This document shows, piece after piece, positions 51,916 through 64,000 of a stretch of 64,000 bases of DNA (position 1 is its first letter; every line of letters begins with the position of its first letter). Under the pieces are notes generated by a model. It did not search any database and was not told the DNA's origin. It saw only the letters and a program-made list of their open reading frames with translations. Location of the stretch: the NCBI GenBank assembly GCA_016906335.1, contig JADEYG010000002.1, positions 558,001 through 622,000 of the forward strand, given 5' to 3'. The DNA is from Novakomyces olei. Lineage: Eukaryota. The position numbers and the translations under genes are program-made.

Positions 51916-53930
51916 TTACATAACATCAGCCTCTCGTCCAACCAAAAAGCAGCCTTTACGAGGCTGACAAAACTGTGTAACCCTGTTATCCCCCCATACA
52001 AGCACCTTTTCGAGTTTTGTAAACATTTGTGAGTACTTTTCCACTACTTCATCGTCAAATTCGCGTACAAACCCGGCGTCGAGGTAATGGAGGCTGGAAT
52101 TTAGCTCTTGAGCTAGTTGCAAAATTCCATCGCGGGTCAAATTGTAGAGCGAATTGATCGAGAGCCATCGTAGTCCGTACCCAGAATGACGGAAAACTGC
52201 AAACAAAGCGGTATCGCCCAGATCATGGCACCGAGTGAGATCAAGCAGGACAAGTCCCTTATTTAGGGTCCATTCATTAAAGAGCCCAGTGACGCCAGTG
52301 TCCGTGAGTCTATGGCAGCTTGCTAACCGCAATTGCCGTAGTCTCCCACAGCAATTACGAATACTATCACTCAGCAATTCATCCTGGATCCCACCATTGC
52401 CAGAGAAATCCAATGATTCCAGGCCAGAGCCGATAGTGTTTACGACATCCTCAAAGGCGCTACTGCCAATTGGCTCTTCGCCGCCGGGAAAAGTAACGGC
52501 TATTTTCCGTAGATTTCTCAGCCCACAAAGAAGCCGAACACACTCGCCGTCCAAGTACGTGATATTGTCCAGTTCGAGCCGCAGTAAATTAGGGCAATTA
52601 CGAACGAGCGAGTCCACAGTCGCAGCATTAAATCGGGAAGTATGACTGAGCCGGAAGCTTTTCAATCGTGGGCCAACGCGCTTGAAAAAAGCGTCCCAAG
52701 CTCCGACAGTAACGAGAAAAGCTCCGCCAAAAGTGCACTCCTGTAAATCCTGTAAATGCTCTGCATAGGCCAGGACTGTGGAGTCGGTCATCTGCCCACA
52801 GTACTCGAGGCAGATTGACTGCAGTCGAGGACAAAACTGGGCGATTTGGTAGAAAGTTTGGTCGCTAACGCCAGAGCAGTCGTTGAACACGAGACTCGTT
52901 CTGGCTGAGTCGAAAAAAAGAGAGACAACTCGGGAGGAGAGTGACCTGTTCTTGCAGAGAATAAACGATATTTTGTCCATATTCAACTGGCCAATATCGC
53001 CCAGTGCCTCCACATCGTCAATGTACTTTGCTACAATTTGCACACAAGCGTCTGCGAGTTTGGGAATCCTGAACGCTGATCCGGTTAAGCGCGCTTCCTT
53101 TTCTGCCTTGCGACGTTTATTACTAAGCTGACGTCGATCGGCAGCCGACTTTGAATTGCTTTCTTTTTCCTTGTCTCCATTACTGCACCTGTGGCACAAG
53201 TAGCCCAGTCCGCCATCAGGAGCAGGTTTGCTGTACGCTGTAAACGTGAATCGGCACCCGCACTCTGCACAAAAGGCGACCGAGCCAGAATTCGGTTTTC
53301 GCGAATAAGAGAAATGAGCATTCGAATGCGGATCGTCAGAGGGATCGTAGTCCGAGTCACTCTCAGGCTCGATTTTTTTCGATTTTTTGGCACTTGCTTT
53401 GCGTTTCCTTGCAGACGAAGCTGCAGTGGATGAAGAGGCCGCTTCAGTTACTTGTTCAGGTGCTTGCTCAGCGGGCGATTCACTCAGTGTAGAGGTGGGG
53501 GTTTCGGTGGGGGTTTCGGTGGGGGTTTCGGTGGGGGTTTCGGTGGGGGTTTCGGTGGGGGCCTCACTGAGTGTACTGGTGGGGGTCCTGGTGGGGGTTC
53601 TGGTGGAGGTTCTTCGAGCAGGCGTACCCGACTGATTTGCAGTAGGAAATTCTTGTTCTTCGAGCTCATTGATCGCTTCTTGCGCATTCTCTCCGTTTTC
53701 CACTCGCTCTACAGCGTCCTGCGCTGCCTGCAAACCATCTTGATTTCCATCGATTTGCTCTCGATTGCGATACCTCAGATTGGGTACATTGATACCACGA
53801 GTCTGCTGTTTAGCCGTGTTCCATCAAGAATAGATAAAAAGCTTCAACAAAAGAATCTAAAGAGAGCAAAATTTACCCTTAAATACGCTGTTAACGCGGA
53901 CGTGGGGCCACGAACGCGCGAGTTGGACAT
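51916..53930 (-). CDS. rad7: Nucleotide excision repair LRR protein Rad7/Rhp7; one 5' intron
   Basis: VRGPTSALTAYLR first exon, CAEC..RFT.TAYS...LCHRC zinc motif, YIDDVEALGDIG, ILCKNRSL, LRRs, VWGDNRV, LVGRE; (TETP)n coding repeat at about 53490-53610. Confidence 0.9.
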
Positions 53931-54532
53931 TTGCAGCGGACAGATTGCCGAGCGATGGATGGGTAAACCGTTACAGTCCGATACAGAGTAATATTAATAT
54001 ATTCATTAATTAATAATTAATTAGCTAATAAATATTGACATTGATTAATTAATAATTTAATTAATTAATTAATATTTAAATATTGATATTCATTAATTTA
54101 TCAATATATTAAAAACATACACGTAATAATTGCATTTCTACGTAATCTTTTTATTATGTATATTCGTATTTATTGCGATATATTCAGCTCATCTCATAGA
54201 ATCTAATATGTTTTGCGTGAAAGACCTCGCTACCGAACGTTAATTGCGCAAACGATTTATTTCTATTCATTTCTACTCAATATTTTTCATGAAAACGAGA
54301 TATAAATGTATCGAGAGTTGGAGAGTATTGTAATTTTGATAATGATAAAAAATATACAGACCTTTTATAATTCAGTATCGTACGCTGCGTTCGTGCCAGC
54401 TTTGCTCCAGACAAGAGCATTAAACTCGTCGTTGTGATGATTGACCGCGACTAACTTGACGGGTTCTGACTAAACGATTCTTTTCTTATGTCCATTTTTC
54501 TTTGCTCTCTAATATACACGCAAAATCTAGGT

Positions 54533-57500
54533 CTATTCAGCTTTTAACTTTTGTTGCGGCTCTGTGCGAAAAGCAAAAGTACGCTCAACGAGTTTGAGCA
54601 GCTCATCGAGCAGAATGACAGGCAAAGAAATCAAGATAACCGCCTTCCATTCTGTCCAATTGAGCGGGTAGATATTAAACAATGCCTGTAGCCAGGGCAC
54701 GTACAATATGGCAAAATGCAGAGCCATTGAGAGCGCAATGGCGCTGACGAGAACCATATTGCGCCAGACGGGTAGAGTCAGCAGTGACTCTGTCTGTGAA
54801 AGCGCATTCATGGCATTCATCATTTCAATCACAACAAGACTAGACGTTAGAACGTGTAATTAAGAATATTATAGATATATTGAAATGTTGAAAATAAAAT
54901 GCGTAAAATAAAATATGTTTAGAATAAAATGTGTTTAGAATAAAATATATATTGAATAAAATATATTCAAGAGACGAAAACAAAAACAATTCAGTAAACA
55001 AATGAAGGAATAAATATAGAAAAAACCAAAGAGCTGTATACAAAACTAGTTCTTCTCCAGTTCAGTAATCTCAGTGTACTAGCGTATTTGCGTTTCTTTC
55101 TTTTCCAATTATGACTTACATCGACAGGGAAACGGTGGAGGCACGCGTAGAATTCTCATTATAAAACACAGAACAGTCGAATCTAAAGGAAAACCCCTTA
55201 GCGAGAGTAGAGCATTTATGGAAATGAGAAAGCTGGTAGAAGGTGACGCGCGGTCCGCCCGAGTAGTAGACGTACCACCAAATATACCCAAAAACTGTGG
55301 CAAACCCGACATAGGCACCAACGACCAAGTAACGGAAGAACAGCCACCCGTCTACGAGAGGAGCATTTCGAGGCCGGGGCGGCTTTCGCATGATAGAAGC
55401 ATCAGGCCGATTAAAGCTCAAGGCAGTTGCGGGCAATCCGTCAGTAACCAGATTGACCCAGAGCAATTGTACAGGCAGTAAAGCCTCTGGCATTCCCAGC
55501 ATGGCCGTGAGGAATATGGAAACGACTTCTCCGATATTAGAAGAGATCAGGTACCGAATAAACTGCTGAGTATTGGCAAAAATGCCTCGGCCCTCTTCAA
55601 CTGCCACCTCAATCGTACCAAAATCATTGTCTGCCAGAACCATATCCGCTGCCAATTTAGCCACATCAGTTCCTGATCCCATTGCAATGCCTATATCCGC
55701 GCGTTTAAGAGCAGGAGCATCGTTAACCCCGTCGCCTGTCATTGCCACTACGTGCCCCGCAGACTGGAGCAGTTGAACAATCTCCAGTTTGTGCCTCGGC
55801 TCGACACGGGCAAAGACTCGGGTTGTTGCTACTGCTGTTTTTTTGGCTTCAGCCGATAACCGATCAAACTCTGTGCCCGTCAGCGACAGATTGTACGGAC
55901 TGAAATTGGAGGAATTAGAGTTGGAATCAAACTCGGCACTGGAATCAGAATTATCACCATTTTTGCTCCCCCTTTTACCTTCTTTTTTACTCTCCTTTCC
56001 ACTTTTACTCTCCTTTCCACTTTTACTCTCCTTTCCACTCTTACTCTCCTTCCCAATCTTACTCTCCTTTTCACTTCTACTCTCCTTGCCACTCATTCCA
56101 CCATTCACACCAGGCAGCAGTCCAATCTGCCGTCCAACACTCTCTGCAGTCTGTTTGTTATCGCCTGTAATCATTACGACACGGATCCCGGCAGAGTGGC
56201 ATTTGGCAATTGCCTCTTGCACGTTTGGCCTTGGTGGATCTCGCATGCATGCGAGTCCTACAAACGTCAAATTCTGTTCAATTTTCACATAGTCCTCTGG
56301 CGCAGTGGCACTGCGGACTCTGTCGACAGAGTCAAATGCGTCTGTCATTGCGAGAGCAATTACACGCAGTCCACTGGCCCCGTAACCGTTGACGCGGTGG
56401 AGAACAGTTTGTCTAAATTTCGTGTCCATTACTCGGCGCAGATGGCCCTGCTGGAAAAACTCACAGCGCTGCACTACCGACTCGGGAGCGCCTTTAACAA
56501 AAAGCGCATGCTTCCCGTCCTTTAGGCGGCTCAGTACCGACATGGATTTACGGTCACGCGTAAACTCAAAAGCGGTCTCCCGTACGTGTGATTGGGCAAT
56601 GTACGCGTTTACTGTATTGTACCTCTGCTCTGGAGGCAAAAGCATATTTTTCTTGTTTTCCGCTGCTGTATCGAACCCAAGCTTCTCCACCAGTGTTCGC
56701 AGAGCTGCTTCTGTCGGCTCACCGACACACTGGAAGGCGGCACTGGCTTCGTCATAGGCAATACTCGAATTGTTACACACACTGCAGACCTGAGAAAACA
56801 GGGCGAGTCCGGGAATACTGACGACTGGATCCTGTACGGGGACGCCGAGCTTATTGCGCACCCGTCCTTGAGGGGAATAAGTGTCCCCACTGACACTATA
56901 TTCGTTCAGCTCTTCTCCTTTAGCGGCCCCAGCAACGACAATCGTGGCCACTGACATTTGGTTCGTTGTCAGCGTTCCCGTTTTGTCGGAGCAGATAACG
57001 CTTGTGCCGCCGAGTGTCTCCACACTCGGGAGAGAGCGCACTATTGCGTTTTTAGCTGCCATTTTCCTTGTGCCCAAGGCCAGGCAGGTGGTTATTACGG
57101 CTGCCAGGCCCTCGGGGATAGCCGCTACTGCTAGAGCAACCGCAATTTTCAGATAGTAAATGGCGCCTTTGAACCAGTTTGATCCGTGACCAGGGTCAGA
57201 AAAGTTGCGGATATTCATTACCCAAACTGCCACACAGATAACAGCAATCACCCGAGCTAAAGCGTCACCAAACTCGTCCAAACGCTCTTTCAGCGGTGTC
57301 GGCTCCGCTATTTGAGACGCAATATCGCTGTGGATATCGCCAAGAGCAGTTTGCTGACCCGTCGCTACTACAATCGCACTCGCCCGACCAGAGGCAATTG
57401 TCGTTCCTGAAAAGAGGGTATTGTACCGATCCTGGAGGACAGAGCCCCGGCCGTCTTGGCCACTAGAGCCCAGTGTCTCTATTGCAGCCACACGCTTCTC

Positions 57501-58524
57501 CACCGGCTCAGACTCGCCCGTTAGAATAGCCTGGTCTACTCGGAGCAGTGTATTGTTTGCAATTGCCGCTACACGGCAGTCGGCAGGGATCTTGTCTCCC
57601 GTCGCAATTTGCACAAGGTCACCGGGCACAAGCTCTGCGGCATTTACTCGCTGAGGCTGTCCGTCTCGGACAACAGTGCACTCGTCCGGAGCGTAGCTCG
57701 AAAGCGCAGAAATTGCTTTCTCTGCACTTACTTCCTGCGAAACTCCCACGATAGCGTTCAGGACGAGGATCGCCAGAATGACTATGGGGTCGACAAAGGC
57801 TAACTTGTCTTGGCCGCCGTCTACTATGGCCAAAACAAAGGAGAGAATGGCGGAAGCTAAAAGGACAATGACCAGTTTATCCTTGAATTGCTCGAGAACA
57901 AGGCGCCATAAGGGCGGCGACGGATCTTGAGGGAGTACTGCGGGTTAGTGGACTGGCCGATGAGCACAAGTATGAAAATGAATGGGGATTAAACTGCCAA
58001 TTAAAAGATCCGTTTTGCGATACAAGGAGGGAAGCAGAGTGGGGACTATTAATCAAGCAAAATATATGAAGACAAGACTGGCTCGTGAAACCATAGATCG
58101 GAAATAATAATAGGACAAAGCAAAGACTTTTATACGAAAACACAAACTAGTCGGAGACATGATTTGTTTAAAAGCAGCAGTCAGTCTGGTCGGAGGAAGA
58201 ATAAGAGATATAAGCTTTCAAGAGCAGAATGTAATCTTTAGATATGAACTCGAAGCAATTAACAAACAAAAACAAAACAAAGACTTAAAACAACAAGGGG
58301 AAAAAAGAGAGAAACAAAAAAACAAAGCAAACAAAACAAGCAGATTCTAGCCCCAATTGCGAGCCACTCGGGCAGATTTAAGGCCCTCTCTCAGAATTCA
58401 TCTTACCATTCTTGCCGTATTTCTCCTGCAGAGCCGGTATTTGTTTCCTTTGCAGCCCTTCACGCTCGCTAGTACCTAATCGCGATACGACGTCGTGAAC
58501 AGAATGCAAGTATGCATCCTCCAT
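54533..58524 (-). CDS. SERCA-type (P2A) ER Ca2+-ATPase; introns 57938-58406 and 54840-55119
   Basis: MEDAY start, LEQFKD, DQAILTGES, KIAVALAVAAIPEGL, CSDKTGTLTTNQM, VKGAPE, ITGDN, TGDGVNDAPAL, QFIRYLISSNIGE, QLLWVNLVTDGLPATAL, IEMMNAMNALS; C-terminal KLKAE (KxKxx). Confidence 0.94.
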
Positions 58525-59039
58525 AGTGCTCTGACGCAGATGCTGCGATTGGGAATCTGACACGTGTCGTCGGAAAATAGTATACAATATTGCGTATTTA
58601 ATTGTATTATTTATATATATTTTTAAATGGACAATTGATATTCGATAAAACGTGGATTATTCTTCATTTATATATGAGCTTTTTATGGTACACGAGCAAG
58701 ACTGATTTTATATATTTTATCTTATTAATAGGATATCTGACACGTGTGTTACGTTTTATATAACAAACCCAATATTGATTACAAATGCTGAATATTGCAG
58801 AGTTTGAATAGTATTAATAGTACTACTATTATTATTCCGTATGTACATTTCGACAGTACCGTTTATTAAATTAGCACTAATAAATTCACTATTAATTTCC
58901 ACTTAATTACTATTAATTACTATTAATTTCATTAATTTTTATTAATTAATTACCATTATTAAAGGCATTAGCAGAGCAGCATTAGCAGGAATAACAGGCG
59001 GCCGTACAAGATTTCGTCAGTCTGTCAACAGTAAGCGCG

Positions 59040-59510
59040 ATGGACGTTGTAGCCGACACGGCGGTGCATTCGTCAATCGTCACGAATCCCGATGAACGGG
59101 ATATAGCGCCCGATACTGTACTCGACTCGCGTCCAGTAGATCGAGAGCACGCTGGCACGAGTAAAGAACGCGATCCTTTCAAGGGCGTAAGGCTGGACGA
59201 GCTTCCCGGAGCGAGAAGCAGCAGCCCGAGGTCTCCACGCGGTACCGCTGCCGCCACTGCGCCTTTACCGGCTCTGCCGGATTTACGGTTTGAACAGTCT
59301 TATCTCCGCAACTTGGAACCGGCTCAGGGAGACACGAGCAAGATCGTCTGGATTACAGTGCGGGATCAGGTGCTCTTCCCTTTTATACAGGGAGCACTCT
59401 GGACACTCGCTATCTTTGGACTCGCTCAGCTGAGGAGGCATGGCCACTCGCTTGGATTATACATCCACGACTCTGTTCGGTACATTGTGGGCAAATACCG
59501 TAAGAGCTGA
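59040..59510 (+). CDS. Conserved fungal membrane protein, DUF1770-like
   Basis: LPDLRFEQSYL and WITVRDQVL.PF.QG.LW motifs with a C-terminal hydrophobic helix. Confidence 0.78.
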   Translation: MDVVADTAVHSSIVTNPDERDIAPDTVLDSRPVDREHAGTSKERDPFKGVRLDELPGARSSSPRSPRGTAAATAPLPALPDLRFEQSYLRNLEPAQGDTSKIVWITVRDQVLFPFIQGALWTLAIFGLAQLRRHGHSLGLYIHDSVRYIVGKYRKS

Positions 59511-60366
59511 CTGCCTCAATTGACGTGCGTGGACTGACGTGCGTGGCAATGAATCAGTGGCTGATTCGTTGTGGTAAGCCCGAGTGGCCGAGACGCTTTT
59601 GCGGTCGTTTGTTGGAAGACGACGCTCAGCTCTCGTCACTCTTAGCTTTACTGTCTTTGTAATACGAGTGCCATGGCGTTTGAGGTTGTAATAACAGCAC
59701 GAGGATTATGCGGCCCGCAATGGCGTCAAGTCGAACACTGTTTGCCAAACACTTGTCTGCCAACACTTGTCTGCTTGTTTTGATTGGACTTGCGACTGGA
59801 CTGACTGACGATCCAGAGCAGTTGGTCCTGCTTGTTTCGGTCTCGATCGGCGACAGTTTCTTAAACGACTATACTCAACAATGGCACAAGCTTAAGAGTC
59901 TTTATGCGCAATCGGCATACAGTTTTCGATTGGCTCATGGCTGAATGATGGACTAGTGGATAAAATGGGAAGCTCGAATAAAGCTTTTAGAGGATACGTG
60001 TTTAATTGCACGATGGTGACAATAAATTTGGAGAGTATAAAAGTATACTTCTGCAAGACCTAATTCGAATTGTCAACATGGCCACTTGGCTAATACAGTG
60101 CTGATAATATGGCTTTTAAAGACTTTTTCAGTGTGAGTGTTCATAAGAGTCCTGTAGAAATCAAATACTTTAAATGCTTTAGACAATATTCTGCAGATTA
60201 CTCCGAAAATTGTGATCAAGCCAATCGTTCTAAATTCCATCCGGCCATTGTATAGATTACTTCTTTTCAACAAAAGGTATCATATAGTGCAATGATGCTT
60301 TTTATTCAACTAATGTCTCATTATACCGCTCCAACACGAGGTAGTGGTTCGTTTGACTTTGAGCAT

Positions 60367-60631
60367 TTAGGCAGGGACCTCCTGTACGGACAGACCGGGC
60401 GGTAGTGATTGCTTCAGCTTCTCGGCCTTGGACGGATCTGATACAACGAGCGTGTAAACGTACTTTGAGCAGCGAACCTTAAACTTGACGGTCTTGTTCG
60501 TGTTCTTCTTCACGCGGGCCGAGCGGGCATCTTTCCGACGCGCAATTTCCAAGAAAAGCTTGATATCTTGAACTTGCCTCGGCTGTAACGCGTTAATACT
60601 TGAGAAATTTAGCTGGAATGTAACCTACCAT
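60367..60631 (-). CDS. rpl38: 60S ribosomal protein L38; intron 60583-60628 directly after the ATG
   Basis: [22 protein letters not shown]...[29 protein letters not shown]. Confidence 0.96.
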
Positions 60632-61039
60632 GATGATCTTTATCGGTTGTCGTTAGGGCTGGTGTTGTGAGGGCAATGGTTCGTGTTTGTTGTGTATATC
60701 GTGATATATCGTGACAAACTTTTTACCCTAACCTAATTATATTCAATGCTTTTATTTATGCTGCGGCTGCATATATATAATAAAACTGGTATAGTCGCAA
60801 GTAATTTTAGAAAGGATAATTATTATATCTCTACTCCATGCACACTCCACATAGAATGTAACTTATTATTATTAGTATTATAATATTATTATTATATTAT
60901 TATTATTATATCATTTTTTGTATATCTAATTTATTGCTGTTGTTCTGGGTATTCATCCATTGATTTACATCAGTTTCATGCAATTAGATTCTTTTATTAA
61001 TGTCTACATGTCCCCGGGTATCTTTAACACTGTCCTCCC

Positions 61040-63372
61040 TTACACGGCAGAAACCCGAACTTTTGGTGAATAGTGACGGCTTAGTAGAGCAGTTTCATAT
61101 ATAGTAGCGGTTCGAGCGTTACTTTGCATTGGATCCGAAGCAATAGCATTATACTCACCATCACCAAGCCGGTCTTGCGTGCCCATCATAGGCAAAAGAA
61201 TTTCACGGTGACGCTCCTTCAGCTGATTTACCAGTGAGAGAACAGCAATACACGAAGGCTCCGGTAATTGCAATAACACGATATAAAGCCGCTTGAAAAA
61301 TGCCGAGAGCTGTACAGGACTGGGCTGCCTGGCCCGTAAAAACACTTGCGCCGTGCTGTTTACGATCATTTCGACTTGTGCCCGACAAGAAGAATTCTGT
61401 TCAACTTCATTTTGGGAGTCTCCCCCTTCCGCTACAAGCAAAAGAAGCCCGTAAAGTTCTCGGACAAACAGCGACAGGTCCAGATCGACTCCCTTGCCGT
61501 TTAATCCTTGGGCTCTTAATAGTTCAAAGGCCGTATTTAAGCAATAAACTCGATGACGAACGTCATCAACAGAAAGTAGAGAGTATCTCAAGGCCTCTAG
61601 AATATCTCCAAATAAATCAAAGTTTATCAAATGAGAAAACTTTGCTATTCCTTGCAAAGTAGTAACAATCAGCTTTTTGTTTCGCTCTTTCAGCACCTGT
61701 AAATAAAAGACAAAAACGCTTTTCAATGCTTCATTTTGTAGACGTTCGCGCTCCTCTTCGTCCACTACTGCTTCCGCCTCCTTCATTTCTTTCTCTATTT
61801 TTTTGATCTCTGAAAATGCTTTTTTCGCTTTCTTAGTCATGTGACTACGATCACGTTTCCTTTTTCTCCCGGTGGCACGATCAGCTTCCGTCTCTTCGTC
61901 TCGACGAGCAAGTGTTGTAAGCAAACCGAGATCGAGAAAAGTGGCTACCAGGCTCTCTGGAGCACGGAACTTTTGCTGCTTTATTACGCGTATTATTTCA
62001 CGAGTAATTTCAATACTAGACTGCCCATAGATGTCGGTGGTAAAAACGTGCTTTATCGCAGCAATACACTCTTGCTGAGGTTTTGTATTGGCCGCATAAG
62101 CTGCCCGTCTAACAACCATTCGTATAACTATGTCTCTAAAATTAAAGTGATTTGCAAACATTAATAGGCGGCACGCACATCTTACTGCCGCTGAATGAAC
62201 TCTGTCCTGTTCAGATCCTTTTTCTCCGGTTTTGCCTGTGCTAAAGCCTTTTTTAACGTCATTCTGAGGCCGGGTCTCTTCAATTATAAGTCGCAAACGA
62301 TCCACGTATCCGTGGTACCGCGCAACCAGAGACTCTTCATACTCACGGAGTCGTCTGACGTCCTTTGTTACACGTTGAACACGTTCTGCATCGGAGAGAG
62401 GCCGTATAGAATACCCGGGCAAAATGTCCTCGTAAACGGCAGCCTGTGTGAGTAGCGCTAACTGCACAATTGCTTTAGGATTGCGCGGCGATTCGAGGTC
62501 ACGAATTTTATTGAGATTACGGAGATTTTGCTCCGGATCGGCAATTATTTCTTGACTCAGCGTGGCCAACAGTTCTTTGGCTTCCAGCACAGAAATAGGG
62601 CGCACTGCAGTTTGCTGTCTTGAGTCTTCGTCACTTTCGCTTGCTGATTCTGCTTCGCTGTCGTCGTCCGCGTCAATATGCCTCTCATCTTCTGCTTCAC
62701 TTTGTTCTTCAAATTTCGTTTCGTGTACTAAACCACCATTGACTTTTATTGGGAGCCTCTGAGGTTTTGAGGGGGGTTCAAGGGTTCGAGGTTGCAGTTC
62801 ATAGTCTTGTAATGAGTCTAAATTTTGTACGTCCACACGTTTTTGCTTTTCCACTTTTCTAGACGGGTCAGTATTCTTTTGAGCTTTGTATGTCTGTGGT
62901 AAACACAAGCGAAACCAGTCTCCTTTATTCTTTGAATTAAGCCAGTTTTTCTTTTTTCTAGATTTTTGCTTTTTGTATTTTCTTGAATTTCTGGTTTACT
63001 CTATTTGATTTTGGTGTTAATTTATCTCTTACTTTGCCAGCTCAAGAGGTTTGATTTTCGTTAAAAACCCGGCATATTGGGCATACTCGCCCAAATCTTC
63101 ATCATCAATAGCGGTTTCATCATTGCTTTCGTCTCGCGATAGCGCGGGAATATCAACATATTTACGTTCCGCTCCAGACTGCTTTTTTTTTGCTTGACTT
63201 GCTCTTTGCTTTTGTTCTTCCTGTAACCTCTGTCAATAACGATACGACAAAATATTATAAAAACAGCATTGGATCGACGTACTTTTTGCGCTCGGAGCTG
63301 TTTGTTCTTTGACTTGTGGCGTATTTTTAATGCGTCTGTACGCGGCCTTCCAGGTGCGTTCTTCGACCGCAT
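61040..63372 (-). CDS. noc3: Nucleolar complex protein Noc3; two 5' introns (extreme 3' end uncertain)
   Basis: RLPIK, EAKE.LA, DPEQN, AVYEDILPGYSIRPL, HFNFR, L.GIAKFSHLIN, SAFFKRL, RHYSP. Confidence 0.9.
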
Positions 63373-63870
63373 AATGAAACCCCCAAAAAAAAAAAAAAAG
63401 ATATGAAGACTCCTTTACCGAAACTGATAAATTAAAGATATTTCCAGAAAGATTAAAAGATATAGTTCGTCTAGTCATAGCAATAGTAAGCCAGAATAGG
63501 TTAGGGTTAGGGTTAGTTACATAACCCTAACACTAACTGTTATAAATGCTGGCAGAAATAATTTTTAATATATCTTTTCACAAAACAAGAAGCATTCTAT
63601 GCAATAAAAATAATGTATAAAATGCAATAGGAATTGTACAGACAATTCGTGCTTATATATCAGAGGTAACTAGTACTTATAAACAAGAAAATAAAAGCAA
63701 CATAATAATAACATTGCAATAACAACATTAATAATAGCACTTTTATAGCAACACTGTAATATGATAAAAGTAACCCTATGTCAAACTTGTGGTGGGGAAA
63801 GTACGATATAAAATCCAAGTAAATCTGGAGATTCGTAATCGGCGGAAGATTCGGCAAGATACAGCGAATA

Positions 63871-64000
63871 ATGGAGACGGCTTTGGGAGCTGCGCCTGGA
63901 ATAACAGGCAATACTAAAGGTAAATGCTCAGGTTTTGCACTATTAATTCTAATCTTTGAGGTCTGCCCAGCAAAATTGCTGCTTGGAGTTATAAAGACCA
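63871..64000 (+). CDS. Probable 5' end of an unidentified gene running off the right edge; intron 63920-63960
   Basis: ataATGg start, METALGAAPGITGNTK, G|gtaaat...ctaat...gag intron, then LPSKIAAWSYKD; too short to identify. Confidence 0.35.
   Translation, partial: METALGAAPGITGNTKGKCSGFALLILIFEVCPAKLLLGVIKT

Noticed and set aside
59708-59944. 78-aa ORF downstream of the DUF1770 gene
   Set aside because: Built partly from local duplications, with no recognisable motif or promoter-like region; probably UTR or intergenic.

Overview
Gene-dense, intron-containing ascomycete DNA. Protein similarity (Sop2/Arc40, Cdc18, Rga8, Prp39-like) and intron style (short branch-to-AG spacing) point to Taphrinomycotina near Schizosaccharomyces; this is an inference from recalled family motifs, not a database result. 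I can reconstruct about 25 spliced protein genes: EFL1/ria1 (partial), tandem-PH Opy1-like, cox16, a SIM-RING ligase, a GAF hybrid histidine kinase, Thoc5, a METTL21-type methyltransferase, ornithine decarboxylase, a 3-exon ysy6/RAMP4 missed by the ORF track, cym1, cdc18, rga8-like, ethanolamine kinase, car2, erg11, arc40, a Chk2/Dun1-like kinase, stt4, prp39, rad7, a SERCA pump, DUF1770, rpl38, noc3 and a partial gene at the right edge. Main findings: (1) a 915-nt ATG-free region upstream of ODC holds an AUU-initiated uORF in ideal context ending DFYPPFRPP-stop, a likely polyamine-sensing switch; (2) an intact Chk2/Dun1-like kinase lacking the FHA phospho-binding Arg/Asn and the RD arginine; (3) recurrent TTAGGG-type elements in promoters; (4) two structured non-coding islands; (5) large AT-rich tandem arrays. 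No tRNA, rRNA, CRISPR or transposon was recognised.
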